From NCBI GenBank assembly GCA_904063045.1, contig CAJFCJ010000012.1:2771576-2835575 (forward strand): 64,000 nt of DNA. Direction: 5' to 3'. Made by a program: the position numbers and the translations under genes. This document shows positions 1 to 13,600 of this stretch, piece by piece. The stretch is from Dimorphilus gyrociliatus. Its lineage: Eukaryota > Animalia > Annelida. Under the pieces are notes generated by a model. It was given only the letters and a program-made list of their open reading frames with translations. It was not told the origin of the DNA and did no database searches. Position 1 is the stretch's first letter; each line of letters begins with the position of its first letter.

Positions 1-201
1 CAATTCCGCTTCACATTTGAATTGTGGATCATCATAAACGAGTTTTTTGGTAAGGTGCCACATGTTCTCAATTGGACTGAGGTCAGGGCTCTTTTCTGGC
101 CAATCAAGAGGATGGATGTCATTCATTTGAAAGGCTCTTTTGGTTGTCCTAGCAGTATGGCACCAAGCAATATCTTGCTGGAAGATGTACTGCCTCTCCA
201 T
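1..201 (-). mobile_element. Tc1-like DDE transposase fragment, running off the window edge
   Basis: Manual reverse translation gives MERQYIFQQDIAWCHTARTTKRAFQMNDIHPLDWPEKSPDLSPIENMWHLTKK, matching the Tc1 motifs FQQDNAPCH and WPxxSPDLNPIENxW. The + strand ORF 22..210 is its antisense shadow. Confidence 0.88.
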
Positions 202-743
202 TTTAGCTGATATATCTTCTATTACAAAAAGAACATTTTCCACAACACAAAAATAAGATAAAAAATATTTTTAGCTGTATTTAGATGGAAATTTATAAAT
301 GTATATAATATATATTTTTAAAATATAAAGCAATAAAAGTGCATGGATTATTTGAAAGTTTATTAAAATTTCTCTGATGACGTATGTAATAAAATATGAC
401 CGGATGTATTTCGTTCCTCCTCTAAAGAAAATTCAATTACATAAACGTGTCAATGTTTATTAAGAAAAATTTAATTAATACAGTATAGTGATATTGATAA
501 TAGAATCAATGTTTTTCTCGTCGTTTTTCAAAGGATTAATTCATTTTTTTAAAAGATTACATCAATTAGATAACCTGGTTGCTGTAAATACAAAATTTAG
601 GATAGAAAGTAGGCAAGAGCTTTACTTTTCATCAACAATTTAACAGTTTTGAGATTTTTAATTCGTAAATTATCGTTATTGATAATGCTTTCTAAACAAA
701 TCAATATTGTCATTTATCTTCATATTCTAACAGAAAGCTGATA

Positions 744-1560
744 TTGTGGCTTTGCCATATGGAGAATTTGAAAAGGATAGAAACATTGTTAGTTAAGAAG
801 GTGTATGAAGAGAATTACCACGCTCTATTGGCCAAAATGAGGGCAATCCTTAGGGAGACACACTGGGTGCTGAAGGAGATAGCGATGATAAGAAATGTTA
901 TACAGAGTGTGACAGATAGGCCGGAGAGAAGCTACCAGAAAAAGAGCAATGACCTTGGAAAATGGCTCGAAGTGTTTGAATACATCAGGATTGACGGTTG
1001 TGGGCCTTTCAAATTGAAAAAGGGTGGCAAGGCCTATGTGCTACTCCTCATCTGTCTGCAGAGCAAGATGGTGAGGCTTGAGATAAAGGAAGGTTTCGGT
1101 GCAAACTCCACCAAGCTGGCATTGGAAAGAATATGATCGGGGAGAAAGTTCTTATCTCAGACAAACTTAAGGCATGACATTGCACAAGTAGATAGCCACA
1201 GTCCTAGTCAGAGATCCTGCCAAGTCACAATTGCTTGGAAAGAAAAAGTAGGATCGGGACGAAAAGACGAAATTTATCAGAAGAGCAGGCAAACTTTTGT
1301 TTTTGGATGAATGGAGAAACTATGTCATGTGTCACCTGAAGAACATTGCTAGCCATTTCTTTGTGGGCAATAGAGATTTCGTCCATTGCGAAGTTGGGAA
1401 AGGAACAGGAAAATTAAAGAGATGCTTGCTTGAAATGTTACATTTGACAAAATACCAGGAAAATTTAGTAAACTGTATTACCTTTGACAAAATATTATGA
1501 AAGATCAGCTGTTGATCATGTGTCCTGAGATTTAGACACAAACTCATTTGGCTGTAATTG
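744..1560 (+). mobile_element. Degenerate BEL/Pao LTR-retrotransposon integrase
   Basis: ORF 744..1136 contains FEYIRIDGCGPFKLKKGGKAYVLLLICLQSKMVRLEI (BEL consensus FxxVGIDYxGP...K.YxLLFTC..T.AVHLE). ISDK and HFFVG follow in other frames, with stops and frameshifts. Confidence 0.75.
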
Positions 1561-1931
1561 AAAAATTCAGGTAGAATAAGAAAAAAAATCAGAGAATCAG
1601 TTAGCCCTTAACAAGGAACTTTACTATTAGACTTTGTAACATCCTAAAAGTAAAGATGAACTAGGACATATATCCAACTGTAAAATGATGGTTGAATGTT
1701 GTAGACCATTCCCATATCCTACCCATATCAGTGAGCGATATTTGAAGAGAAAGTAGAATGTTGACATTGTCAACAAAATAGAAAGACCTAGTCCAAAAAT
1801 CCTAATCCTAAATTGAAAAGTTGTGATTTATTGCAGATAGAAACTTTATTGTTAGTGAAAATCACAAAAATTTGTTAGTTGTACTGATTTTACCAAAAAG
1901 CTTAAAATATGTTATTTGTAACTATGACAAA

Positions 1932-4900
1932 CTATTCAAATTGTTTCCTTTTCTGTAAAATCTTTCTTAGAATAATACCAATGGAGCAGATATCTTTGAA
2001 TTCGGTTTCCTGTGTTTTTTGTTGTATATTCGTGATGCAGAAGTGAAAAAGGTTTCTTGAATGCTAATATAGCAACAACAAGAACATCATGATATGACTA
2101 ATATATTAAATGAGTATTAAATAACTGACTTGATAATAGATATTTTCAATTGAAACTTTATCAGCAAATGAGAAATTGTAGTTATGTAAATGATGAATTG
2201 CTTTAAAAAGTTGTACAGTACAGTGGTAATATCGTGTATTTTGATAAAAGTGTCTATTAATCTTTAACTGAGTATATTTAAACTTTAATTCACGCATAAT
2301 CAAGATATTATATCTTTTTTCTTGAATAAATGCAATAACTAAAAAATTAATGAAAAATTTTTTAGTGTAAAATCAAAGAAAGTAACTTTGTTTTTATTTT
2401 TACATCTTTTGTAAAGTTCATCAGAATGACATTTTAGTAAATTTTGCCTATATTATAATAAATATATGACAATATAATATGAATTTAAATTCAGTATAAA
2501 TACAAAACCTCTTTTGCATTGATAATATTGTCATATTTTGAATTTGGGTATAAATATCAATAAATGATAATGTAAATGGATTGAGTACTGAATTAATTGA
2601 AACTAAGACAATTGTTATCCAACTATTTCTATCAGTTTTTAAACTAAAAGTTGGATTTGTAATTGATAATATTCCTAAAATTGAAATTGGTACCCACACT
2701 AATGCATTTGAAAATGATAGAATAATTGTTGTCTTTCTAAGTTTTCTGCTTTTAGTTTCTTTTAGAGTTGATTGAGTGCTTGATGAGAATTTGATTAAAA
2801 CAATAATACGTATATAAAATATCGTAATTAAAACACTTAAAATTGGTATGAATACTCTAAATATTACAAAGAAATAGATCATTTCTCCATTGTCTTCATT
2901 TTCATTAGTTTTTATTTGTATGTTAAAACAATTTGGTGTTTGACCATGAGGATTCTATTAAAATAAAATGAAAGCAATATTTCTATATATGTACTATATG
3001 TACCTTATTAATTGCAAATGGTAGTGTTGATACTAATAGACAAATAGAAAATAGGCTTAGAATAATTGAGTTGTTTTGTAAATGGACAAAAGGTTGTTGA
3101 AACGGTTTTCTAACGACTTCGTAGCGTTCAATACTTACGAGCAGCATACAAAGCGATGACATTATTAAAGAGAATGTAAACATTGTTCCAATAGTTGCAC
3201 AAAAGCTACTCTTTCTCCAATATTCATCATTTTCCAGATAAGTATCAGAGAAATATATGTCAAATATACATATTGAAAGTATATATAAAGATGTTAAGAA
3301 ATCACTAAAGCATAGCAGGAGACGGTAATTTTTTGCAAAACTTCCCCACAGTAATAATACAATTATTGAGAAAACATTTGCAAAACAACCAAAAATTGCC
3401 ATTGTCCAATAGATTATTTTTTTTAAACTTGAATCTAATAATCTTGAACATGTTCGATAAATGTTAATTGACGGTTGACAGTCTACGTAATTTCCTATAT
3501 TTTCCCAAAAAAGACAACATAAAATAAAGCTTTTCCCTTGAATGATTTGTATATATTTTAGATTTCTTTTAATGAATGATGATGATAATTGTGGTAGATT
3601 TGTGTTGTTTAGGTAGAGTTTTTTCAAATTTTGAAGAGAAATGAGAGCGTTACGATCTATTTTCTTTATAGAACTGTACTCAATTTTTAATACTTTTAAC
3701 AGTTTAGTATTGTTTAAATCACGTTCATTGATATAATCGAGTTTTGATGACGAAACGTCGAGTGAATAGAGATGACCACATTCTAATTTATTAAGAAATG
3801 ATAATGAAGCAATTTGATTATTTACCAAACTAAGACTTTGAAGTAGTTTTAATGGTTGATTTAAAATGAACGAATTTTCCGTAATTCCGTTGTTAACGAG
3901 CAATAAATGAATAAGATTAGGAAAATATTCTCTTCCAAATGTAAAATATTTCCAACTATTTCTAATTTGTAAAACATTCAATTCTCTTGAATTTTCAAAG
4001 AATGAATATAGATTTAAGCCAGATACTTTTAACAATTTAATACTCTTAAAATTTTTAATTAATCCTTTATTTAATTGATATAAATTCAAATCGTTTGTTG
4101 TAAAATTACATTCCCAAGAGAGAAATGATAATTCATTACAATCGGAATAATAAATCTCTACTGTTGGTTGACATAAGAATTCGTCACTTCCGTTTGCGCA
4201 ATCGATAATTTTATTGCAAACTTTTTCAATCATTATATATGTTTCCTCATTTTTACATTTAAAAAAGCCTTTTGGTCTAAAATTAACTAAAAAAAAAACA
4301 AATAAACAAAAACAGGAAAGAAGAAGAATATTTTGCCAATTTTTCTAAATTTGTATACACTGGTATAACAAGTTTTTTTCTTACCACAATCATATTCGTC
4401 ATCACCTTGCATACAATGATTTATTCCGTCGCAAAGTTGTTGAACGCTTATACAATAGTTACTCCTATGACATAAGTATTGTCCATTTGGACATTTACTC
4501 CTATTGCATGGATTAATTATACGATTGAGATCTGTAATTTGAACTCCAAGAGAGGAAGTTCTAAAATAGCATTCGTTTGAAAAGTCAATAAACTCCGTAC
4601 TCGTCTCATCCGCAAAGTTATTGCAATCGAGTTTTCCATCGTTAAAAAGTTCATTTGATATACATATACTTCCGCAATCAATTTGATAATTAGGCCTACA
4701 TGCTAAATAAAAAAGAACATATAAAAGAATTTAAATAGAAAATACCAAAGTGTTAATTGTTTTTATTAATTAACCTTTTTCAAAATCTTTTACTAAAGCA
4801 TTTTTATTTTTACAAATTTCATCAGTTGTATCGAAGCAATGTCTCTCACTATCGCAAACAAAAGTTGAGTTGACGCATTGTTCATTCTTACAGGATCTAG

Positions 4901-7900
4901 GGATAAAAAAATATGTAAACAGAATAAAAGAACAAAAAAATATCAATTAATCAGAAATTGAGAAAGTTCATATGCTTTTTTGTGTTGAATTTGATGCGTA
5001 AATTGACAATCATTTATTTTCTACTTACACTTGAAATTCTGAACATTCATCGTATTCTAGAAATAAATAGGTTAAAGATTTTTCTTTTGAATCATTTTAA
5101 CTATTCCTAACCACATTCTTCTTCATCGGAACCATCTGAACAATCCTTCATAAAATTACAAACTAATGAGAAGTGTATTACTTTGTCATTTGAATGACAT
5201 TTAAAGTGAAATGGTTTTATATTTTGACAATTTTCTTCATCATTCTTCATGGTACAATCATCTTTTCCATCACAAACTGCAATGTAATTTATATATATTC
5301 CATCGTTCTCGCAGCGAATACAGTTTTCCGGAATCTTTTGGAATTTATCATAAGTTAGTAAATCAACAACTGGTATATCCGGTTCTAAAATAAGAAGTTA
5401 GATGAAGAAAAATAGAAAAAAAGAATTATATTACTCGGTAAGGTTTGACAAACTACAATATTTGAGATTGGTTGTTCACAATCATAATTGTTGAGTTTGA
5501 CAAAAATCTCGGGCGAAAATTCAATTTGCTACAAAATATTTTAAAAATATGACTAATTTTTTTTTTGGACTCTAAAAATTGGAATATTTCTAACCAGAGT
5601 ATCATAACTATAACATGAATTTTTCTGGAAAACAGAGCTTACTGTTCTCCATGAAGACAGTGACAATTTGTTATAGTTTCGTAAACGAACAGTTCGTTCA
5701 AGCTGTATACAAGACAAATTCAATTAATACAAAAATGCCTTTATTATAAATTTAATCTAACCCTGACAATTTCAGGGTTTGGAAAATCCATACCAGTTTT
5801 GAAAAGATTATTGTGAAAACTACAAAATAGAGATGAATTTTCCTAAATTGTTTTTCTTACTTACTTTCGACCTCATTTGATGTGGTATACTCATACTCAA
5901 ACCACTAGGAGAAACGTAAATATTCTGCAATCTCTTATTTTGTACTTTTTTAATATCTATTTGGAAAAGTAGAGAAAGAAAATTTTCAAATTATTCTTCT
6001 TACTGTTTCTTTTTATCTTTTAATAATTTTCAATTACTTACAGAAATAATTACCAATAGTAGATTCAATGAAATCGGACATGATGTCATCAGAGTGAATT
6101 ATTGATTTAAAATACATGATGACAAATATATTATCAAATGTTGGAATATCTGGTAAAGTTTCATTTCTCTTTACGCATAATGTTTCCATTTCAATTATAT
6201 TTTTATAAGATAAGCTATTTATATGTGTAAATGAAAAACAAATATCATAGAGCGAAATAACAAATTCTCCAATACAACCAGTATTATTTCTAAATGAACA
6301 TTCCAAAAAATAAGGAAACCACATTGGTCTTTGGCTAAAAAAAAGAAGATACAAAAGATGAATATAAACTTATAAAACCTTCTTTTATTTTTTTATTACA
6401 AACACTTTAGTTTCAAATGAACAATTGTGAAGAGAAGTTGCATTTCTACTACAACTAATTGTTTCATATAGCTCGATGATTTTTTTCTCTTTAAAGATGA
6501 TATTTAACATTGACTGATTTGGATCTTTAACTATAGTTCCATAAGTAAATCCAAAAAATGTACATAATTTTATGGATTCAAATTGTTTAATATATTTAAA
6601 TTTACGCCATTCTCCAAAATGCAATACTTGAAATAATCCAGTAAAAGAAGTAAAATTATGACTTTTATTGGCGTACAGTACATGTTGATATTCATTTGTT
6701 AATGTCATATCTAATAGAATAGTATGGGCAAAAAAAGTGGGTCAATACCTTGATTATATATTAGATAAGATTGGATAATTTCATACGCTTTGCTGTAATT
6801 TTAAAACGGCTTAACTAATATCATGGATGGTCGTTACGCCCACATTTGCTATAGAATCCTGTCTCGGAGGATATGAAAATTTGGACAAATTCAAAAAAGA
6901 GTTTGGGAATTTTCTCAACAGAAAATCATGCTATTTCTACTAGAATAGTATAGACCTACTTCTAACAAATGGCAGACATGTATAGACAATGGAAGGGAAT
7001 AGCACAAAATATAACTGTTAATTGTTTCAACAGTAGACTATAGACTATCATATTGAATAATACAGCGTATGAAATTTTAACATCATTTCTAAACAGAATG
7101 ACAATTGAGAATATTTTACTTAGTTCTGCTCGAGATTCTTCACAAATTGGATTATATACATTTACAGTTAATCTCCTAGTATGCACTTTTAAATCACATG
7201 AATTTTCCATTTTAGATACATTTTCACACAAAAACATATGAGGTTCATCCTGGGCAAGTAGGAAGGAAAAAAGAAAAATTCGAAATCTATTACAGTGTTG
7301 ATCATTATTTGATATTTACATTTATGAATATCTTTTCAGAGAAACATAATGAAGGAGCAGACAACAATGACAATTCATTGCATATCACTTTGCAAGCTAC
7401 ATATTTTTTTACTTTAAGTATAAATAAAGTATTTATAGAACCAAACGTTTTTGATTCATAGTAATAGTCTCCAATAGTTTTAAATCTTTGTTTCAATTCA
7501 AAATGGCTGTCTTTATTGTTTTTTAACTTTTTTAATTTTATATCTATTTTATAAATTAAAATCATGTAAAATTTAAAAAGTTGGCAAAGTGTTAGAATAT
7601 AATATTAAAAACCTTCTAATTGAAAAAATGTACAATTAACTCTCGTAAAATGTTCAGATTGTGAATCTGATATTATTGAAATTTTCTTATTTATTAAGAC
7701 ATTACCAGAGATATTTATAGAATTTTCCAATGTTTTTTGATAAATGAATAAACTACTATTACAAATTTCATTTTTTTTGATAGTTTTATCATAGAAAATA
7801 TTAAAACTATTCTGTTGATATCTTAAAAATGGTAGATAAAAATTTTTCTGAACTTTAAATGTAAACTTGTCTATAAAATATTTTATATTATATTCATATT

Positions 7901-9667
7901 TTTAAAATAAATATTCCATATTTACATGAAAAGTCTTTTTTAAAACACTTCAGTGTTGATCCTTGTTCAGTTGTTGAATTCTCTAAAACACTTTGAAAAA
8001 AATGTAATAAACACATTTCTATTTATGTTAATCATTTGTTTTCATATACTTACATAATACAGCATGAATCCATAATTGGTTTTTTGATGGATACTACTAA
8101 TTGGTTATTTTCTTTTAATTTTGTATATCTTAACAATGAATGAAGAAAATCGTATCCCAATAATTTACAAAAATGATTTGTTGCAAGAATATTTAATTTT
8201 GAATATTTAAAATAACGAAAAGTTTCTTCATTGTTGGCTTTAAATTTCAAAATTCCAATAACAAAACTTGAAGTATTGTTAACAATTTCAAGTGATAATT
8301 TACCGTCAATAATATTAATATATCTAGCTGAATTTAAATGAGATATTAGCATAAATTTGAAAAATAATGTTTAAATTACCAAATTTAGCTTTTGTTTGGC
8401 ATTTAGTATATATAACATTAATTGGTATTTCTTTATTATAAATTTTGTAAAAGCAGCCATTAATTTGGTTATTTTTTAATGTACAATTTGTTAATATTGG
8501 ATAAATAGACTTTTGAATGAAAAGAAAAGCAAGTTAAAGTCAAAAAAAAGATAAAAAACAACTGTTGAAAATAACTTGAACCTTTTGTAAGATTGTTTTA
8601 TGTTTACAAATTTTAGAAACCTTATTATTTAAACTATATTGACATATATATTGACAAGCAATAATTGGTTGTATATTATTTTGAAAACCAACTGGAAATA
8701 TTTTCAATGATTTTGTTAAAAAAAATTGTAAATGATCCGGATATCTTGCGAAATAAGTTGTATATATTACATCAATGTTCCTTTCAATGACTTTAATGTC
8801 TTAAAATATTTTAATTTTAATTTTAAAAAAATAATTTAAATTTATCTTATTTTTTTTTTTGAACCATTCAATTCCATATATGTGCATTTTTGAACAGCTT
8901 CAGTATCTGTTAAAGTTGTGAATTTTTTTCGAATAGCTCTCTTTCCATCAAGTGATAAAATAACAGCTTTCTTATTCATAAATTGATAATTTAAGTTTGT
9001 ATCTTCAATACTAAAAAGAGATTTGTTACAAATTTCACTTCTTATCGATTGTGAAATTTGAATAGGATAGACTCTATTATTCCGATGTTTGAAATATAAT
9101 ACATAATTATTAAAGTCGCTCATAACTGTAAATATATCTATAAATATAAAATGAAAGAAGATACATTTTTTTTAGAAAATGAAAACAAAATCAATATACA
9201 ATCAATAGATTTTTTGAAGCATTTTAACAAAAGAACTTGACGTCTTTGACAAGTCAATTCACTATAACTGTATGAAAAATTTTCAATTATTTAAATATTA
9301 AAATTTAGAAAAAAATTATTAATCACTATTGGCAACAAGTTCCATTGTCATACAGTTTTATTTTCATACAAAAACCTTCGATTTTATCTCTTCCGCTTAA
9401 CGAAAACGAATTAAATGAATCGAAATTTAAATCTTTGCATACTTTATTCAACATCCAAGACTCATAAAAACTATAGACGAATGTATTAACATCCACTTCG
9501 CTTTTCACTTGTACTTCTCCAAATATATATATTTCCGTTTCCTCTATGGGTTCAATATGCAATTTTGCACCATCCAAAAAATAAACAGTTTTGAAACATA
9601 GAATTTTCAATAATTGGGAAAAGAAATATAAAGAGAAAAAACTCCAACGAGAATTGGTTAACATCAT
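1932..9667 (-). CDS. GRL101/LGR-type GPCR copy 1 (signal peptide, SRCR-like, CTL-like, about 6 LDLa, LRRs, 7TM, kinase-like tail); multi-exon
   Basis: N-terminal hydrophobic stretch in ORF 9326..9667; SRCR-like exon 6385..6708; LDLa motifs (VCDGKDDC..DEENC, LCDGINHC..DDEYDC) at 4390-5390; ORF 2983..4233 has LDLa+LRR+TM1-4 with SIERY; ORF 2448..2882 has TM5-7 (LVWVP, INSVLNPF); tail exons 2447-2404, 2338-2130, 2063-1932. Upstream exon boundaries are approximate. Confidence 0.85.
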
Positions 9668-10402
9668 TACTACACAAATGATCTTAAGTAAAATGAACTT
9701 TTATTAAAAGCAAAATCTTCTCAACTTTTAAATTCATTCATTTAAAAACAAATTTAAACTGATTAAACACCAAATAAATTGAATTATAAATGATATAGGA
9801 CTAGCGTATTTTCTTTCTTTCTCTTGATATTATATAACAGTTGAATGTAATTTAAAGGATACTTAGGATAATAAGAATACTTGTATTCCATGTAGTAACA
9901 GCATTAAATCAATAACATTCCTCTTTGACATAAAACTAACATTTTATAAGAAACACATTTCTACGGCTATTAAATGTGTTTTTTATGCGTTTGATTCAAA
10001 TCCTAGTCTGACCTTTGACCTAACCATCATTTCACAATTCTTTACCAATTTCACTATGAAGCTAAACATAGCTCTGAAATTTTTAAATGTATGTCATGTT
10101 TATAGCCTTGAACCTTAAGGCAAATATTGAAATGTCTATTTTAGGTTATAAAATGAGTGAACATGTATAATTAACGTCAACAAGAACTTTCATTAATTTA
10201 TTAAAACAAAATAAAAGCTTAAAACAGATATTCAATTGTTCAAAGTAGAAAGATCTTTTGAGGAGTTTAAATAGAAATATTTTAATGTTTAAAAATCTAA
10301 AAGAATGGAAAGAAAAAGGTAAAGGACACAGTTGAAATATTAAAAATATTAAAAATATCAGAAGAATCTACGTAGATTAATGTATAATAGGAAATAGTCC
10401 TA

Positions 10403-10446
10403 CATGTGTGTGCGCGCGTCTGTGTTTGTGTATGTGTCTGTCTGTC
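10403..10446. repeat. Alternating purine-pyrimidine / simple repeat tract (TG)n-CGCGCG-(TG/TC)n
   Basis: atgtgtgtgcgcgcgtctgtgtttgtgtatgtgtctgtctgtct, read directly. Confidence 0.7.
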
Positions 10447-10692
10447 TGAGAGAATTGAATATTTGTTTGAAATTTCCAAGATTACATAGGGAAGAGAGTG
10501 AATTTGTCTGTATTACACGTTCTTTAATATATTCAATATCTTGTAGAGACTTTCAAAATTCATGCAACAACTCAGATAATTCATTTCCGCTCAATTTTTC
10601 ATAACATTAATATTTATTGTTTTGAAAGACTTTTTGCTCATTTTTTGACGTGTTCTCATAGAAAAAGCTCTCTTTTTTCTATTAATTACGCA

Positions 10693-13600
10693 ATGAAACT
10701 AATAGGATTATTCTTAATCTTGACTTTAGAAAGTTGCATCTTTTGTGGTATGTTCAATTGTATTTCTTTTTTTATTTAACAACTGCAAAAGAGAAATAAA
10801 TCCATTTATAGAGAAGATATGCTCGGGTGAGAATGATTGTGAATTTTATGAAAATTGCCAAGGAAACATTTGCAGCTGTGATAAAACATTCGGTTTAGGA
10901 ATCTGTGCAGATGGTAAATGAAAGAGATTGAACAAAAACGGCCGTAAATTAAATATTTGAAGGTCAAATTTCAGGCTGGGAAATGGTTAGGGGAATAAGA
11001 TAGCTATTGATACGTACTTAGGATGGTCCCATCAAAGGAATAGGAGCATTGAAAAGGTTTAGGCAAAAACAAGGGCTAGGTTAGTGTTAGGGTAAAATCA
11101 TAGATCTATGGCCGTTTTCTACCGCATCCTAACTAAAATAAAAATGAATTTTTTTCATTTTTTATATTTTTAACATTTGTTTCAAGGGGAAAATTTAATT
11201 TTTGAACCTGGAAAAACTGCTTCAAGATATTCGAATACTATATATATAGGTTTTACTTTGGAATATTGTTATAGAATTTGCAAACAAATTAGTCATTTTG
11301 AATGCGTTAGTTTCGCACGGCGTGGATACTTTTGCTATGTGTTTCCCAAAGTTGATTATCCTTTAATGGATAGTTTACGTACTTCACTATTTATTCTTAA
11401 AGGTATGTATTCTGTGTAAAGAGTGGAGTATACAAACAAAAATTGACGACAAAACATAAAAAATAGACAAAAGATTAGGAGTTTGTGGTGCGAAGAATAC
11501 TGCAACGCCACCTACCGATGAATGTTTTACCTTCTTAATGAATGACAATGGATGTCCAACAAAAAACTTTGAAGCACATCCATACCACAAAGAGATGACT
11601 ATTGAAGAATTTAGTTCATCAGTGAATCTTAGCTCTCAAATTATACGACAATCAAAATACAATAAAACTGTAAAGAATGAATATATCCGACAAGTTTGCT
11701 TGGGAAACTCAGGAATTAACATTGAAAATGTTGCCCTACACAAACAGGTTTCACATCTGGGATATTTTAAAAATCCTCTATATCATCCTACTCATGCTGT
11801 TGATGGTTTACGTCTGAGTAATGCCAGCCATGGAACCTGTGTACTTTTGGAAATGTTGGAAACTGTTCAACCCACTTTAAAAATAATGTTAAATGCATTT
11901 CATGCAGTAAGAAAAGTTGTAATTTGGCCAACTAATGAAAATGGTGAGAAAAAAAACTTGATTATTCATAAATAAATAGTATTACCCCTATTTTGTAGTC
12001 TATCAACTATTCTTAATCTACATGCAAGATAGAAATGATACATGCAAAGATAACATTCTTGTTAAAAACAATACTGAAACAGAAGTTTATTGTTCAGCCA
12101 CAATGAATAGTCACGATGTTATAAGCATTGAACAAAAATTAAAGTCTCCCCTTTATATTTGTGAAATTGAGGTTTTTTCAGGTAAAATTAAAGAGAGAAA
12201 GTGAGAGAGAGAGAGAGAGAAATGCCTGTTTTTATATATGTTTTGACATGGCAAAGATTTATCATCCCTTTTTTCTCTTATCAACAGAAAATCTTGCCAC
12301 GAAAAAGCTATTCCTAACAAAACAGGTTTCACACAATGGCAAACTTAATGATGGATTTCTCAATAATTATTTGAGTTATTCACTAAAACAAGAAATTTGG
12401 ATTGCTATTAATCTATTAGCATACTATAATGTCTATGGATTTGATGCTAAAGTTCCGCAAGCTTATTCCGGAAATTTTGGAAACTTTTATGTAGAAGTAT
12501 CCAATGATAATCCTAGCTTATTTGAGCATTCAATTGAATCAAAAAAATGTATTGAGATTGATAATTTCCCTATACAAAGTGAAAATTTTCAAACATTTGG
12601 ATGTGTTAAAGGAGGTGTTGAAGGTCAATTCTTCAAAATTCTTACCAAATCTGCTTCTTCTATTCAATTCTCTGCAAATGAGATTGAAATATTTGGAATA
12701 TATTTAAGATCTTCTGATCAGAAGAATAATAATTTATTGTTTCATAAACCATCTTGGGCTTCAAGTGTACAACAAAATTTGTATTCAGGTTTCAGATTAA
12801 CAGATGGAGAGGACAATGCCTATTTCAAAACCAATCTCCAAGCGTATCCATGGTGTAGAATAGACCTACTAGGAGTATTTCGAATTAATTCGATGGGTAT
12901 TATAGGCTGGGTTTCACAGCGTAAGATAACAAAATATAATTAACCAAACGAAGATGATGAGATGATTTTGTAAACATTTTTTTAGATGCTTCATTATTTC
13001 ACTTGAGAGGATTAGTATCATATAAATATGATTTCTCTCCACAAAATACAGGGGATAGCTTTCAAACTTGTTTTATTAATAATATTCATATGTCGCCAAG
13101 GGAATATAGAATATGGAATTGCACAATGTCAAATCCAACTGGTCGATATGTAACATTTTATTTGCATGCTTCCAGTCAATTACTTTTGCAAGAGGCAGAA
13201 GTTTATGGTGAAGAAATTATTAATAATAATTTCTATAATTTACCAATAGTATTGGCTGATAGAAATTCAAATAATACTGGTTTCCCATCAATTCCTCATA
13301 AAGATCAATTTCCTTCTAAAGCTATAGACAGGCTGCCACACAATATTTATCATGAAGAACTTTACTACTCTTGTTCAAGTAATTATCTAGCTAATGGTGA
13401 AGAGGGAAAATTTACATTCCATTTGGATAATCATTATCTAATACATCAAATTGTTCTTCTTTTACGAATTGATTCGAGTAATAACAAAGAACAATTCTCC
13501 TCCTCATCAACATTAATTAAAACAGTTTTCTTTTTTCAATAGATGATATTCGAGATGTTCAACTTGTAGTTGAGAATAATCTCTTTCCCGCAACTCAAAG

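Noticed and set aside
22-210. + strand 62-aa ORF
   Set aside because: Antisense shadow of the Tc1 transposase fragment.
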